From the IMG/VR virus record IMGVR_UViG_3300037419_001523: a stretch of DNA of 64,000 nt; one strand, written 5' to 3'. The notes beneath the pieces were generated by a model. That model searched no databases, was not told the origin of the DNA, and saw only the letters and a program-made list of their open reading frames with translations. Shown here piece by piece: positions 31,501 through 42,789 of the stretch. The position numbers and the translations under genes are program-made. How positions within the stretch are numbered: position 1 is the stretch's first letter; every line of letters starts with the position of its first letter. The DNA comes from an uncultured virus (IMG/VR IMGVR_UViG_3300037419_001523). Lineage: Duplodnaviria; Heunggongvirae; Uroviricota; Caudoviricetes.

Positions 31501-32457
31501 AGGAATAATTGGCTCATGTTCAATCGTATAATCTTTAACCATTTCACCAATTAACAGTGTATTTTGAATAGCATCGTCAATGATTTCTTTATTAATATAT
31601 TGCATCCTACCATACATTTCATCAACAGTTTGCATGAAACAAGCTTCATAGAAATCATCAACTTCCCTGTCTCCATCTTTTGAGTTAAGGAATGCTTTAT
31701 GTATTACTCTGTCTTCTGGTCTGAGAAAATGTGAATCTGTTGTAATAATTCGTTTTAATCTATAGTAATTAGCAATCTCAATTAATTTTTGATTACAATA
31801 AATTTGTTCATCTGATAAGGCTGGTTGTAGTTCAATAAAGAAATTATCTTTCCCGAATACATCAATACACCAAATAATAAATTCATGTAACTTTTCTCTA
31901 TGAACATTCGCTTTTTCACTATTTGTATGTTCATATTGTCGGATTGCTAACAAATGAATGTTAACTTCCGATCCTAAACAAGCTGTACTAGCAATTAAAT
32001 GATTAGGATTTTCTTTTATAACTCGTTCCAAGTCTGCTTTTACAGTTGGTACACGTTCCATTGTTCCAGTATAAAAACTGTTTTTCCAAGCGTCAGACGA
32101 AAGTATTCTAAGTTGCTCATGTCCAATTTCATCTTTTGCTAATAATAAGAAGTGAGGAAATTTTGTTTCCCCACTCTTATAATTATCCCTAACTTCTTCT
32201 AATGAATCTACAAGATAAATTTCATTCCCTAATATTAACTTGAAATCTTCTGCAAGTTTACCCTTCTTTTTCATATCTCTGACTGTTTTAATAGCTTCAA
32301 CATGTGCAGATAAACACTCATGATCTGTAATTGCTAAACCTTTGTATTGTAATTCTGATGCTGTTTTGAATAAATCCTGTGTTCGATTGGTGGAATCTAG
32401 TAATCTTATGTTTGATTTATCTGTGTGATTGTGACAAGAAATGCACAAAGTAATCAC
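28510..32457 (-). CDS. dnaE: DNA polymerase III alpha subunit (YorL-like)
   Basis: PHP HNHT..S/AITDH, RGSAAG, PDIDID, HAGG, KYDLL, GYSFS..H motifs; no intein-sized insertion. Confidence 0.95.
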   Translation of the reverse strand: MITLCISCHNHTDKSNIRLLDSTNRTQDLFKTASELQYKGLAITDHECLSAHVEAIKTVRDMKKKGKLAEDFKLILGNEIYLVDSLEEVRDNYKSGETKFPHFLLLAKDEIGHEQLRILSSDAWKNSFYTGTMERVPTVKADLERVIKENPNHLIASTACLGSEVNIHLLAIRQYEHTNSEKANVHREKLHEFIIWCIDVFGKDNFFIELQPALSDEQIYCNQKLIEIANYYRLKRIITTDSHFLRPEDRVIHKAFLNSKDGDREVDDFYEACFMQTVDEMYGRMQYINKEIIDDAIQNTLLIGEMVKDYTIEHEPIIPKTDLPEFKVRHLFEPAYEQYGYIEKVAHSDNEQDQYLIKLLEDGFEEKLKTPDLTKEQFHQILTRLDVELGELWEISQKLNQSMPSYYVTTREIINIIWDDDCGGNSLVGAARGSAAGFLITYLLDITQINPMKYNLPHWRHIHKSRPDFPDIDIDTEGAKRNQILNALKNHFGEHRVLQIATFGTEGSKSALQTACRGLGIDSDTGLYLSGMIPFERGSNWSLNDCFFGNEEKERKAIKEFIREVEKYPNLKETALKIEGLVNKRSSHAGGIFIFNDHYVKSSALMKAPKGSYITQFNMGDAEAMGNIKYDLLTIEGLDKIRVTLDQLLEHNEIKWQGSLRETYKKYIHPDVIEYEDPKLWEMVGKGEVMDLFQFSTDIGLQSVIKVKPTSLLEAAVTNSLMRLMSDGEEQPVDTYVKYKNDITLWYEEMKKAGLTQDEILVLEKYLKGIYGVADTQEVVMQMVMDEKISNFDIKESNYLRKSIAKKKADVLKEVQELFFKKGKEIGASDQLLDYVWNVQIKRQLGYSFSILHTLAYTIIALQELNLIYRYNPLYWNTACLTVNSGGIDSQEDEDDDNEDGKPKKQYATNYGKVASAIGNIRQRGVKIALPDINKAKFGFSPDIENDAITFGLKGMNGIGDEVVHTIIEHRPYKSFNDFLKRMFDTKIIKNGQMIQLIKGGCFDSFGERKLVMKQFIKHTYEPKKQLNFQNMKMLVENNLIPEEFALNVRFYNYKNYISQFVYKTIAKPKDKLFKLDNVATPFFEQHFTEDSIVEIDDGNIIISEKKFKKEYDKKMEDLKEWLSKDETLQYVNDALLEQAFAEYENESISKWEMDSLSFYYHDHELAAVDNEKYNLDNFNDLPEQPIVVNEYVSRGIPRQEFKLNRIAGTVLDKDKNKHQVTILTTNGVVTVKFYAGAFSHYSKQISKPVSKDKKEIIEPSWFTRGNKLLITGFRRGNKFAPRKYKNSIYQHTVALIKEIDQEGNLVLQTERTEI

Positions 32458-32478
32458 CTCTCTTTATATTATAATATA

Positions 32479-32507
32479 ATTATATCAGATTATTTATCTT
32501 TAATCAA
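32479..32507 (-). promoter_or_regulatory. sigA-type promoter with operator-like spacer
   Basis: TTGATT-AAAGATAAATAATCTGA-TATAAT. Confidence 0.75.
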
Positions 32508-32510
32508 GAA

Positions 32511-34217
32511 TTAAAACACAAATTGTTTCTTTTTTACATTAACAACTTCTAAAGCATCCATAACAATTTGAGGTGTTTTCACTCCATTGTATTCATTAAT
32601 TGAACACTTCCCAACAACATCAATGACCAATCGTTCACCTTTGCTTACAATTGATTCCCATTCTTCTTCACTACTAAAGAATTTAATAAACTCAATTCCT
32701 TTATAGATAAATTTTAATGTATTTTTCTTGCTACCGTTTATGTATATTTCATCTTTATTTACTTCAATATCCTTAATAGCAATTAATGGTTCTTCGACTT
32801 TAAACCCCCAAATATCCCTATGTTTACTTAATTCTTTTATAAAAGAATCTTTAAACTGTTTGGCAGGAACGATAAAGTCAACTTCATATATGTCAATATC
32901 AATCTGAACATCTTTTAGTTGCTCATTTATTAAATCATTAACTTCTACAAGTTTATCGGCTTCAATTGAAACACCATTTGCATTTCCATGACCTTCAACA
33001 AAGATAAACTTACCAGTGTCTCTAAGGAAATGTCTTAAATCTTTAATAGCACCTTTTTCATATCCTCTTCCTGATCCACTAAAAGTGTTTGAAGATTCAT
33101 CATACCTTAACAATAATGCTGGTCGTTTATATTTTTTAATTAGACTATTTGCCACTAGTCCGGTTAAATTTTTATCAAGAATATCTGTTACATTTACAAT
33201 TAGAATCTTATTATCTAAAAGATTCTTTTCTTCAATCCTTTGTTCAATTGCTTCAACACCTTTATCTCTAATTCTTCCTTGTCTTGCTTTGATATTTGTA
33301 AGCATACGTGCAGTTGCAACCTGAATGGATTCATGCTCTTTTTTTCTACTGTTGAATATTTGTTCTTTTGATTCCAAGAAAGCATTCATCATTTGAAGTT
33401 TTTCTTGCATATTGGCTGTTCTTACTGCTGCGTTAATTAAAGGTGCAACATAAAATTGCACATTAACACAGTTAATAATACCCTTAGTTGAGAATGAAAC
33501 CTTATCAAAAATTTCTTTAAGTAGAGTATTATTAATTCGTTTTAATCCTTTTACCATGTAGTATCTTGATTCAAGATTTCGCATATCAGCCATATCTGCA
33601 ATTAGACCACATGAAACTAAATCTAAATAATGGTCAGCATGTTTAACACCTAGAATACTATCTAATGCTTGAAGGAATTTATAGACAATTCCAGCCCCAA
33701 CCAATGTTTTGTTAGTGTATTCTGGTGACAGTTGATTATTAACAATAATTGCATGTTCAGATTCCTTTTCGCATTCATGATGATCCAATACAATTACATC
33801 AATCCCTTTATCTTTTAATGCTTTATGTTCTTTATATTGATTAGAACCAGCATCAGGGATAATAACAAGATTCACATCCGAGGGAATAGTTTCAAGGATT
33901 ATTCCATGTTGTTTTCCTTCTTGTAATCTCCATTGAATGTTAACATTCCTAAAGAAATTATCAATATAGTTAATTAGCATTGTAGAGCTTGAATAACCGT
34001 CAAAGTCAGAATCAACTTGAATATAAATTTTACTGCCTTTTTCAATATGATTTAATAAACATTTAGCAGCTTCATTTATATTTTTTAGTTTGCTCCAATG
34101 AACAATATCCTTTTCACTGGTATTTAAAAAGGATTGCATATCTACAATCCCTCTATTTGTAAGAACAGTTTCAATAGGTGCTAAAAGGTTATTCTTACCT
34201 ATTAATTCATATTTCAC
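32511..34217 (-). CDS. recJ: RecJ-like DHH ssDNA exonuclease (YorK-like)
   Basis: DSDFDG, PDAG, LDHH, GSGR, GHGNANG motifs. Confidence 0.9.
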   Translation of the reverse strand: MKYELIGKNNLLAPIETVLTNRGIVDMQSFLNTSEKDIVHWSKLKNINEAAKCLLNHIEKGSKIYIQVDSDFDGYSSSTMLINYIDNFFRNVNIQWRLQEGKQHGIILETIPSDVNLVIIPDAGSNQYKEHKALKDKGIDVIVLDHHECEKESEHAIIVNNQLSPEYTNKTLVGAGIVYKFLQALDSILGVKHADHYLDLVSCGLIADMADMRNLESRYYMVKGLKRINNTLLKEIFDKVSFSTKGIINCVNVQFYVAPLINAAVRTANMQEKLQMMNAFLESKEQIFNSRKKEHESIQVATARMLTNIKARQGRIRDKGVEAIEQRIEEKNLLDNKILIVNVTDILDKNLTGLVANSLIKKYKRPALLLRYDESSNTFSGSGRGYEKGAIKDLRHFLRDTGKFIFVEGHGNANGVSIEADKLVEVNDLINEQLKDVQIDIDIYEVDFIVPAKQFKDSFIKELSKHRDIWGFKVEEPLIAIKDIEVNKDEIYINGSKKNTLKFIYKGIEFIKFFSSEEEWESIVSKGERLVIDVVGKCSINEYNGVKTPQIVMDALEVVNVKKKQFVF

Positions 34218-35314
34218 AATTCCACCTCATCTATTGTGTTAATTTCGTATTTACATTTCATTAATTCTTCCAACACTTCTTTCCCTTTGTCTACTGGACT
34301 TTGCTTCGCATATAATAATTCAAAATCATCATAAACAATATAAGTTCGTACATAGGGAGTGAATTTTCTAGCAAGTTTTAATAATTTTTTTTGATACTCC
34401 TCTATGACTTTTTCATATTTTTCATCCGTTTCATAATCCTCTTTATCTCTGATTCTATCAAAGCAAATAATAACTTCTTCTATGTCTAGAGATAATAGTA
34501 TATCTCTATGGAAATTAGTGATGTTACTACTACAACTTGCCACACTAAAATTATTATCCCCATAGTAATCTTCACATTTTAAAACAGATTTTTCACCTTC
34601 AAAAATGGCTACCTTCTTCAATCGTTTTATTGCTTCTTTTGTTTTATGTAATCCATAAAGGTTAAACATTGTTTGATGGTTGTATAATTTGTTTTCAACG
34701 GTTACAGGAATGTATTTTTTACCTGAATCAATATCCTCTTGCTTCATTGATCTCCCACGTATTCCAACCAACCTAGAATTCAAATCATAATGAGGGATAA
34801 CAATTCGTTCTTCTCTCATGTAATAAGAAACGTCAAACTTCATTTGTGTCTGATATGATATTCCTTCATTTAACCATTCTTCATGAGGATAAGGAAGAAA
34901 AACATCCATAACCTTTGAATCGTATTCAGACAACTCAGTTATAATTTTATCCTTTTTCTTATAACGATTGATTAATTCCCAATCGTCAACAATATCATCA
35001 TTCATTTGGTTTAACATTGTTGAAAACCCAAATGTTTTACCAGTGAACTCAGCCACATATCTTACTGCTTGAGGAAAGGATATTCCTTTTGCTCTAACAG
35101 TCACTTCAAATATATCCATGTTTTCAGAGCAATCTGTATAACAATGGAATTGCTTTGTTTCATGATAATAAAATAATTTGTGTTTATGTCCACCATGACA
35201 AACAGTTTGATATTGATTACCCATTAAAGGGTCTTTACTTCCCAAATCCTTGAGAATCTTATAAATTTCCTCTTCCGTTAAACTATTCTTAATTTTATCT
35301 TTATCTAATTGCAA
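34214..35314 (-). CDS. DNA primase (YorJ-like)
   Basis: CH...CYTDC zinc finger, IPHY..GIRGR, FEGEKS Toprim. Confidence 0.88.
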   Translation of the reverse strand: MQLDKDKIKNSLTEEEIYKILKDLGSKDPLMGNQYQTVCHGGHKHKLFYYHETKQFHCYTDCSENMDIFEVTVRAKGISFPQAVRYVAEFTGKTFGFSTMLNQMNDDIVDDWELINRYKKKDKIITELSEYDSKVMDVFLPYPHEEWLNEGISYQTQMKFDVSYYMREERIVIPHYDLNSRLVGIRGRSMKQEDIDSGKKYIPVTVENKLYNHQTMFNLYGLHKTKEAIKRLKKVAIFEGEKSVLKCEDYYGDNNFSVASCSSNITNFHRDILLSLDIEEVIICFDRIRDKEDYETDEKYEKVIEEYQKKLLKLARKFTPYVRTYIVYDDFELLYAKQSPVDKGKEVLEELMKCKYEINTIDEVEL

Positions 35315-35328
35315 CAGGGTTTCACCCC

Positions 35329-36876
35329 TTAAAAGTCAAATTTCTGTGTTGTTACTTCTTCTTGTTTAGGTTTGATAATAAGTTTCTTGACAGTAATAAC
35401 TTCATTATCTGTATTGGTAACGAACAAGTCAGTTATTCTCATATTTCCCATATCAATATGTGAAAAAACTTTTGCTTTATCCACTCTGTTTCCACGATTC
35501 TTAAATATGTGAGTAACATAATTAGGCTGTTTAAAAAATCCTTTTGCAACAATTTCTTCAATATCTTTCTTTTCCATTTTGCTAATTGGGAGAATAATCA
35601 TTGCTCCATCTGCTTTATCAATAATGCTTTTCCCACCTCTAATAAAAGTGGAATCAATAACAGCACCTTTATTCCAAGCTTCTTTCCATTCTCCATTTAA
35701 CTGTGTAGCACTCATTAGATAAACAGAATACTTATTACAAATATCTTTAAGTCTAATTGACATTAATAATAAAATTTGATCTTCACGTAGTCCAATTCCA
35801 CTAGCCTTAGACATTTCTGAGAACACTTTAACTGAACTGTGAATGTAATCAAAATAAACATATTCTACACCATTTAAAATTACATTCTTTTCAATGGTTT
35901 GCTCAATATCCTTTACATTAAAGTTGGGTAATTGCTCAAACCAAATTGGAGATTTTTCTAATATTTCAGCAGCATATTCAACCGTTTCTTGTTCTTCCGG
36001 TGTCAAAGAATTATACAAAATCTTTTCTTCATTAATACCGCTTATGTAAGCAATTGCAATTGTTTGCAATTCTTCAAATAACATTTCTGTAGAAATAACG
36101 GCAGTTTTTTCTTGAAAATCGTTTTTTACCCATGTTTTCTTTTTTAAGTCATAAATATGAGTGGCACTTAATCTACAAGCATCTGCAACCATATGTCTTG
36201 TTTTACCGCCACCTGTAATACTACTTCGAATGTAATACTTCTTCTTCCTTGAACCACGGAATATAGAAGTCAATGATTCACTATTCAAAGGTACTCCAAT
36301 ATCAGGAGACTCTCTTAATCGTTTTAATAAGTCACTAGCACCTTCGCCTGCTTGTATTCCTTGGCTTTCACTATTAGTCTTAAACTTATCTTTAACTTCA
36401 ATCATTTTAGTCTCATAAACTTTTAAGATATCTTCAATACTAAGTTTGTCAAAGCTTTCCTGCATTTTTTCTTTTTCTTTAGGTTCAATAATTTCATCAT
36501 CATATAATTCTTTAATATTGAAGCCAAGTCCATCCATTTCACGAATAAGACTAAATTTTTTCAATCGTTTATAATAATAATCGAAGTTACTTTCTTCTGC
36601 TAAATCCTTGATACTTGCTAAATATTCAATACCATCATTCTTATTGAAAATTGAATACTGAATATCATATTGTGTTAAATATCCGTCAACAGTAACTTCA
36701 TTTATTACTTCTGTACCATCATCATATAGATTATAAATTGCAGCAAAAATAATTTTGTGAAACTGCTCAGGGAAATCATCATTATTTAATTCGTATTTAC
36801 TTGAATCTGCCAGCAATAAGGGATTTTTTAAAATACTCCCTAGTACCTGCATTATCGCCATCTTATCTTGATACAT
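35329..36876 (-). CDS. Replicative DnaB-like helicase (YorI-like)
   Basis: TGGGKT Walker A, STEM, FDYIH, ATQLN, KNR motifs. Confidence 0.9.
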   Translation of the reverse strand: MYQDKMAIMQVLGSILKNPLLLADSSKYELNNDDFPEQFHKIIFAAIYNLYDDGTEVINEVTVDGYLTQYDIQYSIFNKNDGIEYLASIKDLAEESNFDYYYKRLKKFSLIREMDGLGFNIKELYDDEIIEPKEKEKMQESFDKLSIEDILKVYETKMIEVKDKFKTNSESQGIQAGEGASDLLKRLRESPDIGVPLNSESLTSIFRGSRKKKYYIRSSITGGGKTRHMVADACRLSATHIYDLKKKTWVKNDFQEKTAVISTEMLFEELQTIAIAYISGINEEKILYNSLTPEEQETVEYAAEILEKSPIWFEQLPNFNVKDIEQTIEKNVILNGVEYVYFDYIHSSVKVFSEMSKASGIGLREDQILLLMSIRLKDICNKYSVYLMSATQLNGEWKEAWNKGAVIDSTFIRGGKSIIDKADGAMIILPISKMEKKDIEEIVAKGFFKQPNYVTHIFKNRGNRVDKAKVFSHIDMGNMRITDLFVTNTDNEVITVKKLIIKPKQEEVTTQKFDF

Positions 36877-36893
36877 TTATGTATTACCTCCCT

Positions 36894-37361
36894 TTAGATA
36901 GCAGTTATATCAATCTTTTTAGATTTTCTTTTGGTTCTATTTGAATCAATGTAAACAGTAATCTCTTCTTTCTTGTTTAAGTTTTGAAGAGAATCTGCAA
37001 TTTTCATCTGTTTAACGTAATGATTTTTTGCATCTTCGTATACAAAAGGGATAATACCAATCCCTGAACCTTGCTGAACCGGATTCCCTAACGTTTCATG
37101 GAAATATCGTAATGCTAATTCCATACCTTTTAATTTATATTTGTAATCAGATTGAAAGTCTTTAATCTGTTTTAATATCATTCCAGTTGGAGCATTAATT
37201 CGAAATAATTTACATATGTAATCAATTAATTGTTGCCTATGTTCTTTTTCTTGCTGCCATTCGTTGAAACAATTTACATGATAGTATTTCTTCTTATATT
37301 CATGTGCTTCTTCTTTGTGAAGTTGATTTTCACAATATGGACATTTAACCATCCTTGCCAC
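36894..37361 (-). CDS. Zinc-finger protein (YorH-like)
   Basis: CPYC...H..C, GIGIIPFVY; SPbeta synteny. Confidence 0.7.
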   Translation of the reverse strand: MARMVKCPYCENQLHKEEAHEYKKKYYHVNCFNEWQQEKEHRQQLIDYICKLFRINAPTGMILKQIKDFQSDYKYKLKGMELALRYFHETLGNPVQQGSGIGIIPFVYEDAKNHYVKQMKIADSLQNLNKKEEITVYIDSNRTKRKSKKIDITAI

Positions 37362-37419
37362 ATATCACACCCCATTTAATCAAAAGGAGAGTAAGTTTCC
37401 CTACTCCCCTATAAAGTTA

Positions 37420-38397
37420 TTATTCACTTAATAATTCTTTTAGATCGTCTAATATTAAAGCCATAATTTGTACTTGAGACTTTTTACATTCAGTTACTTT
37501 TTTACCTACTCCAAGATGTTTTTCAACAACGTCTTGCAAATCCTCAAGTTTATCTTCTTCTGCTAATTGTGATCCCACTTCTTTGATTTGTTCCATTAAA
37601 TCATCATAATTTAAAGCGTCAGACTTAAATCGTTCATTTTGCTCTGTGTAAGATACTGCTTTAATACCTTCTGCTTCTTCTTGTCGTTCAATTGCAGTAG
37701 CAATTACCTTTTCTAAATTTTCTGCTGTGAATTCAGGAAGGTATGTATCAATGTAATCAAAACGAGAACGAGCAAAGAATTCATCTGTTTCAGCAAACCA
37801 AGCAGATGATTTAATAACATTCCTGTCTTCATCTACTCCATTGCTAGTTAGGTAAACAACAATATCTGAGTTATCAATAATCGGCTTAATTGAACGCTTA
37901 TCACCTTTAGGAATAGCTTTACCTTCTTTTGTTTCTTCTTGGTGAGATATGAAAACTAATGTGTAGCCAGTGCCTAGCAATTTATCAATCTCAGCCCAGA
38001 ACTCTGTTTCATACTCTTTCCATAGACCGAAGCCACCATTGCCTTCCCCGATAGTCTCTACTCCATGTTTCTTACAAAGGAAGTCTTGGCAATATAAAGC
38101 ACTTGTGTAAACTTCGTCAAAAATAATTGTTTGGTACAATTCTTTTGCTTTGTCCAATGTTTTAGGATCAGTTAGTTGTTTATTGATTTTCTTAAAGTCT
38201 CTCCAATTGTTAATTGGTAAGAATGGAATACCACTGATAGCACGAATACCTTTTTCAAATCCTAAATAGAATGGTTTAGCCATGCGTGTAGCCTGTTTTG
38301 TTTTACCTAAGTTATTACTTCCATAGACAGTGATTACTTTGCCTTCTAAACCTTTTGCAACTACAGAAACTTGGGGATTGAAAATATCGAATGACAT
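37420..38397 (-). CDS. AAA-family ATPase (YorG-like, Sak4/AAA_24 type)
   Basis: GSNNLGKT Walker A, IIFDE Walker B. Confidence 0.85.
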   Translation of the reverse strand: MSFDIFNPQVSVVAKGLEGKVITVYGSNNLGKTKQATRMAKPFYLGFEKGIRAISGIPFLPINNWRDFKKINKQLTDPKTLDKAKELYQTIIFDEVYTSALYCQDFLCKKHGVETIGEGNGGFGLWKEYETEFWAEIDKLLGTGYTLVFISHQEETKEGKAIPKGDKRSIKPIIDNSDIVVYLTSNGVDEDRNVIKSSAWFAETDEFFARSRFDYIDTYLPEFTAENLEKVIATAIERQEEAEGIKAVSYTEQNERFKSDALNYDDLMEQIKEVGSQLAEEDKLEDLQDVVEKHLGVGKKVTECKKSQVQIMALILDDLKELLSE

Positions 38398-38478
38398 TAA
38401 ATAATTCCTCCTCTTTATCCTTAAAGGGGGAATAATACCCCCTGATATAATTTATTGTTAGTTTAATTATTTATAAAT

Positions 38479-39384
38479 TTAGAATGGAAGTGCTGGTTTT
38501 TTAGGTTTATCGCCTGTTGTTCCTTTTGAGCCAAAACCAGTTTTCTTTTCTTCTGCTGGTTTGTTGTTTCCTTTATTTTTTAATTCTACTAAATATGTTT
38601 CACGCTCAACCATCGCTTTTTGAATGGCTTCAATAGTGTATCGTTTGGCATTTTCTTCTTCATATGAATCAGTTCCACCAGTAATTAGATATTCACGAAC
38701 TGTTTTTGTTGTAATTTTCTTTTGTGGCTTACCGAATGCAACTGGAATTTCCGTTTCTTTTACTTCTTTAAAGTTCACAATGTCACCATAAACTGTAGTT
38801 GTGCAGCCAACTTCATAGTTATCTGAAACGAATTCAGCACCTTCTTCAGATACCATAAATTCAAATGGGATTACTTTTCCACCGAATACAGGAATAATAG
38901 CATTAACCTTAACTCGACCTGTTTCTTCATCATTTTTCATTTCCGGCACAACTGACTTAACAAAAATCTCAACTTCAAATTCTGCTCTTGGGTTAAAAAC
39001 ATCACTAGCACTTAACCGATTAACAAAGTTAGTGTTTAATTGTGGGAATGATTTTAACATTCCATCTTGACCATAGTATTCATTTAATCCAATCTTCCCT
39101 TGTGTGATTCTTACTTTATCAGCTTGATCTCGACCATGTTTTGCAACTGTTAGATAATCGTTAATGATAGTTTGATAACCTTTAGCATTTCCATTGTCTG
39201 ACCCATCTTTCTTTTTATAACCAGACATTCCTTTAACAGTGTGTACTTCGTTTTCAGCAACTTCAATATCTAATTCAATATTTAATCCATTTTTATTTTG
39301 CCATTCTGAGTGACGCACCTCTAATAAAGTTCCTTCGATAACTACCCGATTTTCTGCTTCTCTTAAAGTGTTTTGTTCTGTCAT
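38479..39384 (-). CDS. Putative ssDNA-binding protein (YorF-like)
   Basis: Tandem OB-like beta content, C-terminal LPF tail, synteny. Confidence 0.7.
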   Translation of the reverse strand: MTEQNTLREAENRVVIEGTLLEVRHSEWQNKNGLNIELDIEVAENEVHTVKGMSGYKKKDGSDNGNAKGYQTIINDYLTVAKHGRDQADKVRITQGKIGLNEYYGQDGMLKSFPQLNTNFVNRLSASDVFNPRAEFEVEIFVKSVVPEMKNDEETGRVKVNAIIPVFGGKVIPFEFMVSEEGAEFVSDNYEVGCTTTVYGDIVNFKEVKETEIPVAFGKPQKKITTKTVREYLITGGTDSYEEENAKRYTIEAIQKAMVERETYLVELKNKGNNKPAEEKKTGFGSKGTTGDKPKKPALPF

Positions 39385-39404
39385 ATATATAACTTCCTCC
39401 CTTA

Positions 39405-39740
39405 TTATCCTTCAATTCCTAATTCTCTCGACAAATCAACATACTTAAATCTGTCTAATTCCCAATTTTTATAGTTGTTCTGGTTTTTATAATTCCTGAT
39501 ATGTACTATTTTGTTTCGTCTAACTACTATATGTAGATTTCCATAATGGTACATGCAATTTCCTAGTAATCTATCAATTGCATTTCTTGGAGGCACTTCT
39601 TTAGCAAGTAAAACATTCCTTGTTAACTTTCTTGCAACTTGATCTCGGCTGATATTTTCATTACCTTTGGTGTTTTTACGGTAATACTCAAATACTTTGT
39701 CCGTTAATTCTAGTATTTCCACTTCATCACTTCCTTTCAT
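39405..39740 (-). CDS. Hypothetical protein (YorE-like)
   Basis: RKLTRN...YGNLHI motif; first gene of the replication operon. Confidence 0.6.
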   Translation of the reverse strand: MKGSDEVEILELTDKVFEYYRKNTKGNENISRDQVARKLTRNVLLAKEVPPRNAIDRLLGNCMYHYGNLHIVVRRNKIVHIRNYKNQNNYKNWELDRFKYVDLSRELGIEG

Positions 39741-39755
39741 ATAGGATACTCTTTA

Positions 39756-39784
39756 ATAATATCAAGTTATTTATCTTTATGCAA
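39756..39784 (-). promoter_or_regulatory. sigA-type promoter for the replication operon with operator-like spacer
   Basis: TTGCAT-AAAGATAAATAACTTGA-TATTAT. Confidence 0.75.
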
Positions 39785-39808
39785 TAGTTTTTATTAATTT
39801 ATTTTTGT

Positions 39809-41770
39809 TTAAAGTAATTCTTTTACTTTTTGTAACAATTCAATCAATTCATTAACTTGATCTTCATAAAGATATAAAAATTCTTTTGAGTTTCCGTTTT
39901 TACTTCGTATTAAATATTGATTTAATTGACTGAACGCTCCATCAATTGTACCTTCATGACTGACAGTAAACCAATCACTTCCGATTGTTTTTAACATTTA
40001 AGTATCACCCTTTAAAAGTATATTTTGAATGAATTACTTTTTATTATTTTCTTCTTGTTTCAATTCATTTTGGTATAGAATTTCCACACACTCGTTAAAT
40101 TCTTCAGCCGAAATAATTTTGTTTAATTGCATCTAATCACCTCCTGATAAAAGGAATTTTTTAAGTCACATTTTGTTCGTAAGACGACATTACCAATATA
40201 AATCTTCTTCGATTTCGTTCCAGTCATTTCCGAAAGTACAACCAACAATTTTGATACCTTTTGCGTGGTTGTGGTTTAAATTCTCGTCATAAGTCTTTTT
40301 GTAATATTCCAGTTTAGAATCAGCATTAACTATTGGATTGATGATAACTTCTGCTTCTGGAAAGCCCTGCATTTCAATTCTTACTGCCACAAATTTTGCG
40401 TTTTCTTTCTTTGCAAGTTGAAAACTGCGTTCTAAATTTTCCATTTTTATTTCAAACATAACTATCATTCTCCTTTTAATTTTTTACTTCGCCTTTTTTC
40501 TCAAATATGTATAATTTAAAACGCAAACCTAAACACTAATGTTTTCAATAATGTCATAGTAGTTAATATTGTAACTGGAATAAATGATTCACTCATACTA
40601 GGTAATTTCAATTGAGGTTCTATTTTCCTTTTTACATCTTCAACACTCATATGTACTGGTTCACCGTTTATTTTTACAGATAATTGTTGCTGCAGATTTT
40701 CTAATTTTGAATGTTCGATATGCAGTTGATTAACTAAATTAGTATTTGTTTCATTAAGATTATGTACAGTATGTTGTAATGAATCAATGTAATTACTTTG
40801 TTGCGAAACCTTTTCAACTAAGAAATGATAATGATCTAAAAAGTCTTTTATGAAGGATATAAGTAGGAATATTAGTATAAGTATGAATAACCATTTGAAA
40901 GCAGTTTTTAACGTTTTCCAAATTTTCCCCATTTCTCTCCAATCCTTTTTCATACTTCATCCTCTCCCTTATTAAGTCTGTGAGTACCATTTCAGCACCC
41001 ACAGACTATAAATCTATTATTGTCCTTGTGTTTGCTTTGTAAATTCTTGGTCAATTTGTTGCTTGAATGATGCTAAAACTGAGGCTTGAATGTCTTTGAT
41101 TTTTTGCTCCAAAGATAAGAACTCTGGAGTGTTTGTCAAATTATTTAATTTCATAGAATAATACTCTTTCATCAATCGTTCTAATTCTGCTTGTTGTGTG
41201 TCAACATCTGAAGCGATTGCTGTATTTATTTTCGTATTAACATCTGAATCAATATTTGATACCAAGTCATTCTTTGTGGAGTTCGCTGTTTGAAGTAATT
41301 CTGAATAAGAATTATTTATTGCGTTTGTTTCCCAATCCGTACCTGCTTTACCTATGATTGATCCTGCAAAGAACACTCCGCCTAACACTAAAACTCCTGC
41401 ACCAATTATTGATAACTTTTTCTTCATCTAAACTTCATCTCCTATTATGTGTATGTAGATTTATTTTTGATTAAATTATGTAATATCATGGTGTCTAGGA
41501 ATTAGTTTCTACAGCAGTAGGCAACACTCCTTTCAATTAAAAATTGGATTTTATACGACATTACCATCTTCTTTTGTGTTGTTTATCCCATCGTTTATTA
41601 AACTCTTTATGTCCTTTTATAACTTTAACAAATACAAAGATAATAAAGGATATAACTAGGATGAAGATTACTCCGAAAAAGATCAAATATCCAATTGCAA
41701 AAGGACTAATTGTATTCCACAACTCGCTAATTGGGGTGTTAAATATGTCTTTAATGGTCACTTTTTTCAC
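39809..41770 (-). other. Small hypothetical genes including membrane-anchored coiled-coil proteins (40516-40953, 41017-41427) and a TM protein (41561-41770)
   Basis: ORF track plus RBSs; N-terminal hydrophobic segments. Confidence 0.6.
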
Positions 41771-41799
41771 CTCCTTATAAAAAACACTTTTATATTATT

Positions 41800-41828
41800 A
41801 TATTAGTTTATTTATCTTTAACCGTCAA
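41800..41828 (-). promoter_or_regulatory. sigA-type promoter with operator-like spacer
   Basis: TTGACG-GTTAAAGATAAATAAAC-TAATAT. Confidence 0.7.
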
Positions 41829-42056
41829 GAATTATTTTTTGTTCAAATACCTATCAGGAACATCATATAACCCTAATGTCTGTAATTCCAATAATAGCCT
41901 ATTGATAGCGTTAAATTCCTCACTGGTTATTCTTGTTTGCCTACATTCTCTATCTACCAAATCCTCAAGTATTTCACATTGCTTTTGAATGTCTTTATTA
42001 ACCATTTTCTAATCTCTCCCTTAAAATAACGTTTTTATTGGAATTTTATGTAATAA

Positions 42057-42752
42057 TTATGCGAGATTATGTATACGTTCATTAGAAATCTTATGATATT
42101 CCTCGTTAATTTCAAAACCTACGTACTTGCGTTGTGTATTTATACATGCGATTGCGGTAGTTCCTCCTCCCATAAATGGATCTAATATTATGTCATTTTC
42201 ATTTGAGTGTATTTTCAGTATGTATTCGATCATCTTTAAATTTTTTTGTGTAGGGTGATATCGTTTATACCCACCTCCACTTTCAGCAGGGAAACGCAAA
42301 ACACTTGATTCATACTTTTCATCTTGCCTATTGAACGTCCATTTTTCACCTTTTTTAACAAACCAGCTTGCGATTTCAATATCAGATATCCATCGCCTGT
42401 CTCTGTTCCTTGGCATGGGATTTGTTTTTTGCCATATTATTTTATCTTTCACTTCTAGTCCGTCAAGTATACTTCTGATAGTTTGATATTGTTCAAAAGC
42501 ATGGAACAATATCAAACTACCGCCTTTTTTCAATACCCTTTCTAATAATTTCAGAGATTGTTCATCAAACCCTTTGTCCCATTCTCCGAAATCAATCCCA
42601 TTTCTACCTTGTCTATCCTTCATTGTTTTAAAATTATTATCTCTTGAAACATTGTAGGGAATATCTGTAAGAATCAAATCTACACTTTCTGTTTCTAACG
42701 ACTTAATTCCTTCTAAAAAATCAACATTATATATTTTATTTAATTTTAGCAA
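42057..42752 (-). CDS. Site-specific DNA methyltransferase, beta class (probably N6-A)
   Basis: TDIPY, HPTQK, LDPFMGGGTT. Confidence 0.92.
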   Translation of the reverse strand: MLKLNKIYNVDFLEGIKSLETESVDLILTDIPYNVSRDNNFKTMKDRQGRNGIDFGEWDKGFDEQSLKLLERVLKKGGSLILFHAFEQYQTIRSILDGLEVKDKIIWQKTNPMPRNRDRRWISDIEIASWFVKKGEKWTFNRQDEKYESSVLRFPAESGGGYKRYHPTQKNLKMIEYILKIHSNENDIILDPFMGGGTTAIACINTQRKYVGFEINEEYHKISNERIHNLA

Positions 42753-42789
42753 ATCATCACTCTCCTTTTAAAATCTCCGTTTCGTAAGA

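Noticed and set aside
16987..36876. Inteins in NrdE, DnaE or DnaB
   Set aside because: Lengths are normal for these families and no C...HN-C/S/T splice motifs or LAGLIDADG blocks were seen
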